From: the human T2T-CHM13v2.0 reference genome, Homo sapiens
Length of the DNA stretch: 64,000 nucleotides
NCBI RefSeq assembly: GCF_009914755.1
Contig: NC_060929.1
Reading direction: 5' to 3' (one strand)
In this document: positions 14,076 to 29,817 of the stretch, in pieces
Layout of the letters: each line of letters starts with the position of its first letter
How positions within the stretch are numbered: the stretch's first letter is position 1
Made by a program: the position numbers and the translations under genes
Notes under the pieces: model-generated
What the model was told of the DNA's origin: nothing
Database searches by the model: none
What the model saw: only the letters and a program-made list of their open reading frames with translations

Positions 14076-15929
14076 CAGTACTGAGATTAAAATATGTAGG
14101 ATTACTCTTTTCTATGAGTGAGGATTCCTACATGTCAATTTTACTTATTTAACATTTGTTCATTTCAATGACATAACCAAGCATTTGTTACCTAGGCTGG
14201 TTATAAATGGAATACTTCCTATAATGAATTGTTCATTTACTGTTATCTAATACAATTAATTAATGTTTCTATTTTAATATATTTCAAGTTCTAATATTGC
14301 AATGTCTAATGTACAAAAATTTGTTGAACTCAGAGTGGTTGAAATACTCCACATTTGTAAAAGTATATACTACAGTAAAATTAGTACTACTAACTGAATA
14401 AAACAAATACAATCTAATGGAAAGTATGTCAGTTGATTGACCAACAATCCCACTGGTTGAACTAAAAGAGGTTTCCTTTGAAGAAGTTCAGAGTCTTAGA
14501 AATATTTAAGGATGTGAAGAAAATTTCTAGACATTTTCAGAACATTTGATTCCATTAAATGTTGATGGCCCATATACTTCTAATCCTTCATGCTACTAAT
14601 AGACATAGCCATAAAAAGAGAAAAAGAAAATAATCAATTTGATTAGTATTTAGATTATAAATGAAACAAAAAGGAGGAGAAAATGAGTTGATAGGAGAGA
14701 AGTTGTAAAAGAAATATATCCATAGGTGAGACAACTCTAACTCAAGCAGGTAAAAGACAGAGCCAAAAAAAAAAAAAAAAGGACAATGAAAACATGCAAG
14801 TTTCCCCTGTTTAGGAAATAAGGAGGTGATAGCAGAGAGGCAGGGGGCCAAGCCATGCTCCAAGGGACCCAAGTAACAGAGTCAAGGGTCCCAGGAGTAG
14901 GTGAGAGGGAAAAGCTACATGTAAGGAGCCACTAATAGGCATGGGAAGTTTGTGTGTGTTTAATTCAAACATTTCTAATAAAAGCCAGTTAAAATATCCA
15001 CCAATGTTCCCACTCTTCAATCAAGTGGGAGCAGACATCAAATATTCATTGAGTTGGTGTAAAAACCATTGGGTCTTTTAATAACATTAAGGTGCTAAAG
15101 AGAAATAGCATGGAAATTACCATTTTGTTGATTTTATTATTCCATAAGTTCTTTTAATCACATTCCTTTTTTTATAGTTTATATTTATTGCATTCTTCCT
15201 ATGTGTCTACACATGGGTTAGCTCATTTAATCAAGTCGTCAAGGAACTTGGTATCAGAGCTGCTCTCTCCTTCATCAAATCTAGGCCTTTCCCTAAAAGA
15301 TTTGATGTCTTTAGCCTAGAAAGAAAGACACGTTATGATGTTAGAGTCAAGTCCACAAATATATGGACTGAAATACAGAGAATCTGAGCCCCTGGGTAGA
15401 ACATGTTATCAGCGTTGGAATGGATGGGTGACACAGCCACCTTCTTCTTGGCTGGAAGAGTCTGGTCTTGCTCCCAAAATGACAGCTGTTCTGTTTCTGC
15501 ATTATTTATTTAACTTGACAATACTTAAAGCAAACCTGATTTTTAAGGCCAGTTCCTTCTGAGCAGTTTAATCTGAAAACATGATTTCCTTAAATAGGAT
15601 CTCATTTTGTCTGCTGATTTGCATTGACTGAGGTGCTTTGTTAGTTTCTGCTTTCCATGTGGCTGGAATGACAGTGCTGGCTGTCATTCCTCTTTGACCA
15701 CTTAAAAGTAATTTTATGGAATTTACCTACTATGCCTCTTTAATCTTCTTCAGGCACAGATGAGTAGAAACTATTTAGTGTGATCAGAGAAATGGAGGAA
15801 TCATTCTTTCCAATATTATATCAATAATGACTTTAAAAAATATTTTTATTACAACACATTTGGTGGGTAGATAGAAGGAAAGGAGTAATGATGGTATGAA
15901 ACAAACAAACAAACAAAAACCCAGACTGC

Positions 15930-16645
<716 letters not shown>

Positions 16646-16970
16646 ATGTCCTCTGGTCCCCCAGTGATTCACCTCCTTACCACATACAAAATACTCTCAC
16701 CTCCCCTCATGACCCCAAAAGTCTAATCCCTTTACAATACCTGCTGAACATCCAAAATCTTGCTATATAAATCAAGCACAAGACTCCTTGGATGAGATTT
16801 CTTAAGAGCAGTTCCTTAAGTTTAGCTCCTTGAATACCATTCTCCTTCATCTGAAGACCTGCCAATTAAAGAAACAAGTAACCTACCCTCATCACACACA
16901 ACATGCAATGGGAGGAAAAATATAGGATGTCTATAGTTGTAGACAATCCTGTTCAAAGTCACCCAGTCCA

Positions 16971-17255
16971 GGCTGGGCACAGTGGCTCACACCTGTAATC
17001 CCAGCACTTTGGGAGGCCAAGGCAGGAGGATTGCTTGAGCCCAGGAGTTTGTAACCAACCTGGGAACATAGGGAGATTTCATCTCTGCAAAAATTTAAAA
17101 AATTAGCTGAGTGTAGTGGCATCTGCCTGTGGTCCTAGCTACTCAAGAGGCTGAGGTGGAAGGGATCACTTGAGCCTGGGAGGTCAAGGCTGCAGTGAGC
17201 TGTGATTGTGCCACTGCACTCCAGCCTGGGCAAAAGAGCAAGACCCTGTCTCAAC

Positions 17256-17296
<41 letters not shown>

Positions 17297-17300
17297 AAAA
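16971..17300 (+). mobile_element. Alu (AluJ-like) whose tail is a (CA)n microsatellite
   Basis: Alu dimer; (CA)n at ~17254-17295. Confidence 0.9.
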
Positions 17301-17718
17301 AACAAAATCACCCAATCCATGCTACCTCCACCTTACTGAAGGGGACGGTGTTGCTAAATTTTCTACCACTATATAACAAGGATCCTCTTTCCTTTCATTT
17401 TTTTGTTTTTGTTTATTTGTTTGTTTTGGCTTTGGCTTTGGAATGAGGAAATGAATGGAAGCTGGAAAGACTTTGAGGAGAGTGTTAGTGAAAGCATAAC
17501 ATGTTGAACAAACTGATAGTAGAAGCCTGATAGACATTCACTAGGCTGCCAGTGTGGGATTAAAGGGAGGTAAGGAAATTGCCATCAAAACCACAGGAGG
17601 CCGGGCAGTGGCTTACACTCTTAATCCCAGCACTTTAGAAGGCTGAAGCGGGAGGATTGTTTGAGGCCACATTTGAGGTTTTGTTAGGATAGTGCCTCAC
17701 ATTCAGGTACCCGATATC

Positions 17719-18247
17719 TGTGTTAGTTATCTCTTGCTGCATAGCAGATCATTCCAAAACTTAGCTGCTTAAAACAATGCTAAATACTACCTCACACAAT
17801 TTCTGTGAAACAGACATTGAATAGTGGCTTAGGTGGATAATTCTGGCTTGGGGTCTTTCTTGAAGTTACAGTCAAGGTGTTGTCCAGGGCAACAGTCATC
17901 TGAGGGCTTGACTGGGGCTGAAAGATCCCCTTTCAAGACAGTTTGCTTACATTATGCTTATTGTCAGCAGGAAACCTCAGTTCCTCCTCATGTGGGCCTC
18001 TCCACAGGCTGCTCGAGTACCCTCACAAGATGGTGGCTGCCTTGCCTCAGAGGAAGAGACTGAAGAAAATAAGGTAAAAAAACTTCCATGTCTCTTGTAA
18101 CTTAGCCTAAGAAGCCACACATGGGCATTTCTGCAATATCCTATTGGTTACATAGGTCGGCTTTATTCAATATGGCACAGCACTACTAAGGGTGCAAGTA
18201 CCAGGAATCTGGGATCCTTGGGAAACATCTTGGTAGCTTCTTACCAC
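17719..18247 (-). mobile_element. MaLR LTR (MLT1-type)
   Basis: tgtgttagttatctcttgctgcatagca start; similar to the element at 15930. Confidence 0.7.
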
Positions 18248-19443
18248 GCTAATCAACAGAAATTGAGAGGGAATTCAAACACAGCCAAGGGAGGCAGACC
18301 TTGGTGGCTACATGATGGCCTCTGGTTGTAAAGCTGGAAGGAAACAGACATGGAGATGTCCACTGCAGGGGCTCAGGTTCTAAGGACACCTCACCAGCCG
18401 GGCAGCCCACATACACTATTCAGGAGGAATCTGTTAGGCCGGGCTGAAAACTAATGTTCTTGGGAGATGTGTTCTTTAGAATTAATGGCTCAGAGAGCTT
18501 TCCTGTTGACATTGGTGCTGGATCCATCTTACCCTTCTTTTGCTACATCTTGGCAGTTACATTTAAGATGCTATTTCTCTTCCTCACTTCAAACTGTGCC
18601 TAATTTTCAAATAATTTCCATTCTTTTTTGAAAAATGGCAATTTTCTTATAGTTCCAATGCTTCAGTAACTGGGGAGCTTCTCTTGTGCCTGGATACTAC
18701 TTTTCTTTATTAAAAACTGATATGACCCAGATAAAGGGAATTTTATTCTGAGTGTTTATCTCTAAACTTCTTTTTTATTATTTGTCTCTTGCAATAATCT
18801 GAGCACTTTTAAGAGATGAATGTTTTATCCTAGTATTCAGTGCTTTTTCCAGACCTGACACATAGTAGGTATTCAATTAATGTATGCTGCCAAAATATAT
18901 TTCAGTGTTAGAGGCCACCAAACAGATATCTTTTCATTCTCTCCCCTCTGCTGCCTACATAAGGAGCCAATGAAGCACATTTTAAAAAAGATAGCACATT
19001 TGTAATTGCTTCAAAGTTAAACCTATATACTTTTTTGGTTAATTTTATTAGCTGTAGTTGCTCTTGTTTTCCATACTATAAGAAGATTATCTCAATTAGT
19101 GTTAATTGTCTCCTTCCGCGTGGTCCTTCCTCCATCTGACTTAGGGGAATTTTCTTGGTGTTTTTCCATCTCATTCAGACATAATGGTGTGGATGGTGGG
19201 TGGTTTGGGGTTACATATTGGAGCTATGTAAGGGGTACAATTCCGATGACGGTTCTGTGGCCCTAATCCCCTGCTCCCCACCCCCACTTTTTTTGAAGAG
19301 GGTGTCAAATATGGATTAATTACTTATCTTTGTGACCAAAAAAAAAAAAAAAAGCCTAAGTTAACTGAAGGAAAAAAAATGGAAATTTACTAATAAGTGT
19401 CCCATGGAACTTGTGGATTAAATAGCAGTCAGATATCGTCACA

Positions 19444-19510
19444 TCTCTCTCCCTCCCTCTCTCTCCCCCACTCTCTCCTGCTCGCTCTCTCTCTCTTTCT
19501 CTCTTTCCTC
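19444..19510. repeat. CT-rich pyrimidine simple repeat
   Basis: (CT)n/CCT low-complexity tract. Confidence 0.8.
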
Positions 19511-19589
19511 AGTGTATGCTTCATTCTTCTCTTTATATAGATTGTTTTCCTCTTCTCCATTCCCATGCATGCCCAAGTATGGCCACTGA

Positions 19590-20090
19590 GTTAGCTGGGT
19601 CCTCTGTGAGGCAGACATTGAGATGGAGCTGGGAGCACATGAGGTTTGTTGAGATGTAATCCCTGTGAAAGAGAAGAGGAAGAGGAAGGTAACTGGACAG
19701 GGGAAGTCTTCACACCATGATGCATACTGAACACCTATTAAAGGAAAGCGGGAGGAATCAGGATTGGGCAAGTGAGTCTCAGATCATGATGTGGACATGA
19801 CAAAATTCAGACCAAGCCAATGGGGAACTCCAGAGCAAAAAGATGATTTGCTAGAGGTGTTCCATGTTGGAGAGAAATGTCCAGGCTCTAGGACCTCTGT
19901 GGTGCTTAGTCATTAGCTGGGGGTTGCCTAGAAGAAGTATGGCTCCAGCTCAAAAATTGAAGCAGATTCTGAAGGCACTAACAGCTGGAGGCCGTCAGCT
20001 AACTCCGCTCTCGCACCTCCCAGCTCCACTCCTTTCCTGAAGGAAGAGCTGAGCAGTGGTGCATCTCTATGGCTGCCACAGCCACCAAGA
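19590..20090 (-). mobile_element. Old ERVL-class LTR (LTR16-like)
   Basis: gttagctgggtcctctgtgaggcagacattgagatggag start; reverse-complement similarity to the 13690 element. Confidence 0.45.
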
Positions 20091-20354
20091 CCCAAAAGTT
20101 CCCTCACTGTGAACATCTATGTAGAGCATTTACCTGTAGTAGAGTCTGTGTGTATCTGTCCTCCAAATTACCATACAGTTCTGGCCCAGGAGAGTGGGTT
20201 CAGTTTTACAAAATGATCCCTGGGGCCACTGCTATGGTTAAGAGGATGAGCTAGACATTTGCACCTAAAGATATTGTCATTATTATGTTGGATAAAATTT
20301 GAAGGTCAGAGGGCACCAAATAGAGTAATATATTCACTATTTTGTCCTCTCTAG

Positions 20355-20798
<444 letters not shown>

Positions 20799-21174
20799 TA
20801 AGATAATCATGTCTGACTTTAGGTTTAATTGCTTCAATGATAAGCACTGTCTTCTGCTCCCCTCCCCACATCCAACCCTTAGAATTTTTCCAAGATTCTT
20901 CTTATCCATTCTATTCATATTTATATCATCCATCATATGAGGCAGAGGGGAGGGAAATGTGTCAATAGAAATATGTAAAGGCATTCAAGTGGGTTGGTAT
21001 TTTCAGCATTAACTAATTATTCTTTCTTTGGAATAATGTACCAAAAACCATATTAGGACTTTCCGGTTGAAATAAACTACTGTTAACTAGCTCAGGTAAA
21101 AAGTGAAGAATTTAGTGAGGAAGCATGTTCAGCTGTTTGGTTTTTTTGAACCCAACCCAATGAGGCTTTGGGAA

Positions 21175-22014
<840 letters not shown>

Positions 22015-23689
22015 AATGGACTCAGTTTAAGTGCTGGAAAACTGAAAAAATCTTCTTCTCTTCTATCTTACCTCTTCTCTCTAACAGTCTCTTCCCTTTG
22101 GATTCTCTAAATTACCAAGGAAGAGCTCTGGCCTAACTTGGATGGGATGTTCAACCCTGGTATTATCAACTGTGGCCAGGGGCATGATTCCATGTTGTAT
22201 AAAGTAGCTTCTGGGGGTCCACTGGTGTGGTTGAGAAGGTAGGAGTAGTTCACTTAAGGAAGGGCCGTGTGAGCTGGGAAGATACTCCAAAGCTATTTAC
22301 CTCGTGCTGCCTTTTATTCAGTGAAGAGCACATTCTTCTGATAGGTCAGACAGCAATGGGTAGTAAGTGATAATGGCCCCTGGGCAGCAATGAATTGTGT
22401 TGTGTCCTCTTTTATGTCACCCTGCAATTCTCCCAGAAACAAACTCATTCTAAAACTAGGCTGTGTTCATTCACGCCACATTCAACAAATCAAAACAATC
22501 CAAAACTGAAATAAAAATTCATGTAGGGTGATGGTGAGGAAATGGGGAATGACTGGTAATATGCATAAGGTTTTCTTTTGGGGGTGATGAAAATGTTCTA
22601 AAATTAGTGTGTATATATTCCACTGCAGTTCATAGAAATGGCCCTAGCCCATAGATTGAGGTCTCTTAGTACCGTTCCCCATTAAAAAGATCCTGGGCTC
22701 CTTAGAGGTAATGGCTTATTCCAAGTTTGAGGCATGGAAGATATCAGGTGAGCCTGGTACATCTTTTGGGGTGTCTAAAAGCAAGAGTCCAGGGTTTAAT
22801 GAGGTCAGGTGAAAGGTTTGGTCAGTTTTAGCCCCTTCACATTGGCTACAATGTTGTGTGTTATGGTTTGGCCTCATAAGCACCTATTCAGGGGAGTACA
22901 ACAGAGGAAAGCTTTGTCACTCAGACACCTGGGAGGTCCTGCAGATGATGCCTGAAGCTGCAGCTGGAAATGTTGCTTGTGCCTGCTGGGTCACTGGGAA
23001 GTGCTATGCAGTCACAATGAAATTTTCAGGTGGCGTTATGTGCCATCTTAGACTTTTTTCCCCCCAAGTTTCATCCCTCCCACCCCTCAGTTCATGAAAT
23101 TTCACTCTCCCAGATACTCTGTACATCTTTTCTTGTACTATGTAATAACTACATTCTTTCACCCCGCCCCACCCTGCCAGGACAATTTTTGCCCCGTAGG
23201 GGCTGATATTTCCCTTATTGAGAATGCATGCTCCACTCCATTTGTGCTGGCAAGTGTGGAGAATGTGGGCATTTATGTAGGGTGGTGGTAGGGAAATGGG
23301 GAAACTAGTAATATGTATGGGGGTTTTTTTGGGGGGTGATAAAAATGGAGGACCCCAAATGACTGTTATTTTGGGGTCCAGAAAAGGACCAGGGTAAATA
23401 CATTTCATCATTGGGATTCAAGGCTGGAATCTTTTCTGATTGAGACCCTTGGGTCATTTGGACAGAGAAACAGCGAGACAGATTTCATTCCCTTCTCTCC
23501 CACAGGAGCTGACCCCAAATGTGTCTCCTGCATGCTGGTAACCATCTCGAGTCCGCTGCCCAGGGAACCCACCTTGGGATCATTTTGCTAAATATCTCTA
23601 ATATGTGGTTGATTTATTACTGCTGGGTCTAAAAGCTACTGTTTGAGCATTTATATAGTGTGCAAAAAACTTGTCACTATGCATACAGT

Positions 23690-24145
23690 GCTGGCTGTCT
23701 CCCGTTGACCCTCCCAAGCTACTCTCCCTCTGCTCTGTGCTCAGGGAGACTAGCCATAAGGATTACATCAATGCGCCCCTTGCCACAGGTTCCTGATGGG
23801 CTTGGCCAATGGAAAGCAGCAGGTAGAGCATGAGGTCAGAGTATATTCTCAACTCCTCACCTGTCAGTCCACAGGGGGTTGTCTATTTCTCTCTGCAAAG
23901 GGTTTCTGGTCCTGCTATGTGGACCCCTCTCTATATATATTTCTTACTATGGGTTCAAGTGGCTACCTTCTCTCTTTGGCTTCTTCAGGCCAAAACTCCC
24001 TGCTCTTGCTGGCCCTGGAGACACTGCATTATCCCTGTGTTTCTCCTAGATTCTGCCCACCTTTGTAAATAGTCTATATTTTGAACCCTTCTTCAATTTC
24101 TCAGTTTGCAGATGCCGTATTCCCTGCTGGGAACATGACTGACAC
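23690..24145. mobile_element. Old ERVL LTR (LTR33-like)
   Basis: Similar to elements at ~43850-44320 and ~57680-58160. Confidence 0.45.
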
Positions 24146-24562
24146 ATTCAAGTCTCCTCGAAAGCAGTTATTTCCAAGATGGTATAAGATCCTGTCCCTG
24201 CCTCAGAGGTCAGGAACAGTGACCTGGAACAGAACAGCTTTGTGGATAACCTAAAAGCATTTTGCAAGCATAGAGGGTGAGGTGATTAGCTCTATCTGAT
24301 TGAGTTGGGGAAGGCTTCTCAGAAGAGGAAACAGTATAGTCTGACAGGAATTTTCCATACAGAAAAAGGAACTGCAAATGCAAACGCATGAAAGCTTGAA
24401 AGGGATGGCCTTTTGGAAATCTAGAAAAAAGTCTCAGCAGGTAAAGGTCAAGTGTGTGCACACAGGCTTGTTTGCAGGGAAGGTAGGAAGGGGAAGAGGC
24501 ATGCGGTGAAGTTGTAAGGATAAGTTGGTTGCGGAAGATGCAGTCTTGAAGGCAGTGAAGTC

Positions 24563-24622
24563 TAAAAGTCTATAGTTCTCTAGAGGTCGGAAAGTATAAA
24601 AGTCTATAGTTCTCTAGAGGTC
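24563..24622. repeat. Perfect 26-bp direct repeat
   Basis: TAAAAGTCTATAGTTCTCTAGAGGTC at 24563-24588 and 24597-24622. Confidence 0.9.
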
Positions 24623-24987
24623 AGTAGAAGTGTTGTACAGTGTTGTAAGAAATGAAGGTAATACATTTCATAAAAGCACATGCTGTAACTACCAAGATAT
24701 TATCACAAGGAGGTAGTTAAGAGATGGCTAGATTGTTGCAACCCTAGATGGTGACACGGTTAAGTTAATGTTTTGTAGAAGGAAGGGAAAGAAATAAACA
24801 CTTAAGTGTTTACTCTGTGCTAGCGTTCGGACATAATATTTCACTGTAGGAGACATGCCTGTTGACTTTGCATCTTTCCATCTATAAAGCCAATGAGATT
24901 GCCACTGGATAGTACATCTTGCTTTGGGGCTTAGAAAAATACATCATCAGAATATTCCACTGTGAGGACCCCTGTCTGACACATATA

Positions 24988-25503
<516 letters not shown>

Positions 25504-25959
25504 TAGTGGTAAACACATCATTAGGGTTTTTAATTTGATTGTTACTGAGAAATTGTTGCAGGTTGTGAGTTTCTAAAATGAATTTTAATTAACTCCCTTC
25601 ATTGCTGGTCCTGGGTACTAGAATCGTAGGACCACGCATGGGTTGCGCATGTGTCCACACCCCACAAGCCCCAGTTTCTTAGTGGTCTCTCTAACTCCTC
25701 TTGTGATCAATAAGCTAAGGTACTCTAGGTGCATACATGCTAGCTTTCATTTTCATGTAAAACTATGCAGAATAGTGTCTGGAACCCACTGGATACTCCA
25801 TACATGGTCTCTTTTGATCTTAAAAGAACACAGCGAGGTGGGCATTCAGTAACTTGTCCAGGTTGAGAGTGGAGTCAGGATTTGAACCCAGGTGACCGTA
25901 TCTTATGTTCTTGATCATCACGCAAGGCCACCTGTCATTGAGACTTGAACAGCAGATGG

Positions 25960-26160
25960 GGCCGGGTGTGGTGAATCCTAGCTCTTTGGGAGGCTGAGGA
26001 ATGAGGATCACTTGAGCGCAGGAGTTTGAGGTTGCAGTGAGCCTCTGTGCTACTGTAGCACGGAGTGACTGTGCTTCTGTACTCCACCCTGGGCAACAGA
26101 GCGAGATCGTATCTCAAACAGTGGAATGACAAAGAAAGCAAAAATCAAAAAACAAAAACC
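25960..26160 (+). mobile_element. Alu monomer or fragment (FRAM/FLAM-like)
   Basis: gccgggtgtggtg...gaggttgcagtgagc...ctgggcaacagagcgaga. Confidence 0.75.
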
Positions 26161-27209
26161 CCGAATAGCAGATGGGCTGTGAGCATGGAGCAGATTGCAT
26201 CAGCTGCATGAGCCTTCATTCTTCCTCCAGAAGGGCCTCCAAAGACAGCTTTTTCAAAGTCTAGGCTATAAAAATACCACCTTGAGTTTCACTTCTTTTC
26301 ATGTATGAGATCTTAGATCTTAGTTCCTGTTTGCTTTGCAAAGGACATAAAGAGCCTGCCCAAGCATGTTCCTCTAGAATTCCCACCGAAACCAGGAAGA
26401 TAGCACAGGAAGCTGCCTGTGGACTTAAAGGACCCCAAGAAGACCCTTCAGCCCTAAAATATGTTTCCAATAGCTCATCTTGGTGTCTGAAATGTCTTTA
26501 TTTGAGGGTTATTACTTCAAGTCATGAGCTTTTTGGGGTTTGAGCACGAGAATAAATTTCTTCATGCTCTTCTGCCAGTATGTATTTGCTCTTTAAAGGC
26601 TAACAGAAACCTATTCAGTCCAGCTTTAGAAATAAACAGAACTGTATCCCAGTGATATAAGTGTTACTTCCCAGAGCACAGGGGCAGATAATGGCTTGGG
26701 AATTGGCTCTTGGCAATTTTTTGGTTTCTGGGCAATTCCTAGTTCTAAGGCAACTATTCTCCCCGAAGCTGTGGGATGCCCTGTTTCTGCTGCTCGCTAC
26801 AGAGCCAGGACAGTGAGGCCAACATGAAGGCTGGTGTGGTCTGCCCTGCTTTGGCCTTCCTATGGCAGGAAATAGCCGCCTGAACTCCATGCAGACCTCA
26901 GTTAAAGGGCCTAATGCACACCTAATTCATGCCCCAATAAGGGCCTAAAGTCTCAGAATCTCAATTCCAAATCTCCGGTCAAGGGTCCGCCCTGGGTCCA
27001 CTCACTGGACAGGGGTTGGGGCCGCATGCCAGGGCCATAGTGCTATTGGATCAGGCTTTCAGTCAAGGGGGCATACAAGATGGGTTTTTCAAGAGTGTGG
27101 GGAAATGACAAGAATCTCCCTTATAACATCCCAAGGACAAATGCCTTCCCTCCAATTAATTAACTCCTCATATCTGATGGCAGGGTCCTCAGATAAAAAT
27201 GTGCTTATG

Positions 27210-27507
27210 GGCCAGGCATAGTGGCTCATTTATATAATCCCAGCACTTTGGGAGGACAAGGAGGGAGGATTACTTGAGCCCAGGAGTTTGAGACCAGTCT
27301 GGGCAACATAGTGAGACCCGGTCTCTATAAATAATAAAAAAGAAAATTAGCCGGGCATGGTGGTACACACCTGTGGTCCCAGCTACTTGGAAGGTTGAGG
27401 CAGGAGGATCACCTGACCCCAGGAGGTCAAGGCTGCAGTGAGTTGTGATTGTGCCACCGCGCTCCACCCTGGGTAACAGAGTGAGACCCTGTCTCAAAGA
27501 AAAAACA
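27210..27507 (+). mobile_element. Alu (AluJ-like)
   Basis: Full dimer. Confidence 0.9.
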
Positions 27508-29452
27508 AAGTGCTTCTGAATCACCTGCCCCTCTGCCAGTCTTTAGTGCTGGAGAAAAGGCAACCCTGGCTGGTGGTATGAAATGAATGGAAAGGGAGTT
27601 GCTGGGGCTGGGGAGTGGGTGCACACAGAATAAAATGATAATGTTTTTGAGAACACTTTGGCAGGCTATGTGTAATTAACATGATACTCAAGTGGATTTT
27701 TTCTTTTTTCTTCATTTTTTTTTAACCTGGAAGGGACTTTGTAAATGTAGTTCAGTCCCTTGCCCTATTTTCCAGCTGAGAAGTGGGGTTCATGGAGGTT
27801 TTGGTCATCTACCCGGTGTTAGGAGACTCATTAGGACTCCTGTCTCCTACCTTTGCCTTTGATTGCCAGTTCTTCCCTCTACTCTCTGCCCTAGTATCTC
27901 CAATTCTACATTTTCTTTATCTTGACGTCCTTATCTGATCTCTCAGTTAAACTATGTTGTGGAAAAATAACTCCTAAAGCCCCAAGAACCACTTCTGAGC
28001 AAGCCATAGCAAGTATTTCCTTGGAATTTCCCTCAGGTTAAAAAGCAGACTTGAGTTTCTCAAGCTTAGTAGCTCAGCAACTAAAAAGTAATGTTAATAT
28101 CACCAAAGGGCTTAAAAGTAAATTGCAGAAAAAGAATAAATATCATTTGATCACAGCTGATAAAGGTAATTCTAGTGTGATAGGGAAGTCTTAGTGCATT
28201 CCTTCCCAAGTGCTAGCTTGGTATGAACCTCATCTGTGTAGAAATTGTGGCTTGTGTAGTTATCCAGTAACATCTAATATTTGCCATGGCTTTGACTAAT
28301 ATTTAAAGAAATGTGGGCAATGCTACATGCTATTCTTTTAAAAATAGCCATAATGGAATTGAAGTGGGTCAGCTTTTTCTCCAAAGAGTTTGCATCCTGT
28401 TACATACTATAAATAATAATATCTAACATGTATTGAACATTTACTATGTGCCAGGCTCTACTGTTTTACGTCTCTTTTCTAACACTCAAAGCAACCTAAG
28501 AGATACACATATTTTCCTTATTTTACTGGTGAAGAAGAAATGAAGGCTTAGGGAGATCGTGACTTGCCCTAGATCAAGCAGATGGTGAAAGGCAGAGTGA
28601 GGATTCAAATTTAGGTCTTTATGTCCCTTAAAAAAGGTTTCTTTCATCATACTAATAAGATGCCTCTTTCAGAATATGCATGTAGAAAGAACCAGTATAA
28701 TTTGTGCTTTGTAGCTTCCAATCAGAAAGCCTGGGTTCAACGTTTACCCTTCAAAAATTTTCCAAATAGGGAATAAGATTCTAGGCATTAAAGAAATTTT
28801 TGATTCCCCAAGCCTGCCACCTCCCACCCCATATAATACAAGTAATTTAAAAGCTAGTCAGACCAAATAGTGAAATGGACTCAGTATATGGGGATCTTTA
28901 TTTGGAAAATAAAGTCAAAAGACAAGAAGAATAAGAATTATTTGTTTAGAATCTCAGTTATTATTAAAGAACCAGTCTTTCATCAGTAAAATTCTAGCCT
29001 CTCCCACCAGAGGGCAGTTATCACATAAACCAGAAAGCCCCTCTTGGCTTCACTTTCAGACACCACATCACACTACATCTGGAATTAGGTTTACAGCCCA
29101 GTACAGATCCTGAGAACATCTCTGCTTCTTTCAAGTCTGAAACTAACATGTCATGCCTTTCTTTTTCGCCTGCAACTTAAAGGAGCTTATGATAGCATAG
29201 AAACCATCTCTTCATAAAGGAATGTTAAAATGGACCAAAGACAGATGCTTGTATTGGTCCTATTTTGAGGGGTGGAAACCCTGCACCAAACACTCAGTGA
29301 CAGAGTAAAAAACATTTTTCTGTGTCTAAAACTTTATATTTTATTCCATTTATGTACCGTCTGTGTTTCAGTAACCTGTATTTCCCCAGAAAAGTAGCTT
29401 TATATGCTTTTTCATGAAAATTCTAAAGATTAGCTGAGAAAAAGGATTATAG

Positions 29453-29730
29453 TTTTTGTTTTGTTTTTGAGACAGGGTCTCACTCTGTCACCCAGGCTGG
29501 AGTGCAGTGGTGCAATCTTGGCTCACTGCAACCTTTGACTCGTCGGTCAAGTGATCCTCTCACCTCAGCCCCCCGGGTAGCTGGGACTGCAGATGCATGC
29601 CACCACACCTAGTTATTTTTTTTGGTTTATTTTTTTGTAGAGATGGGGTTTCGCCATGTTGCCCAGGCTGGTCTCAAACTCCTAGGCTCAAGCGATCCAC
29701 CCATCTCGGCCTCCCAAAGTGGGATTGCAG
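29453..29730 (-). mobile_element. Alu (AluJ-like, 5' truncated)
   Basis: Reverse-complement dimer. Confidence 0.88.
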
Positions 29731-29817
29731 TTTTTGATAGACAACAAATTACTTTTCGAGTGTCCAGACTGCTTATGTTTTGGAGAAACCAACAGAAACA
29801 TTATATATATTGATCAC

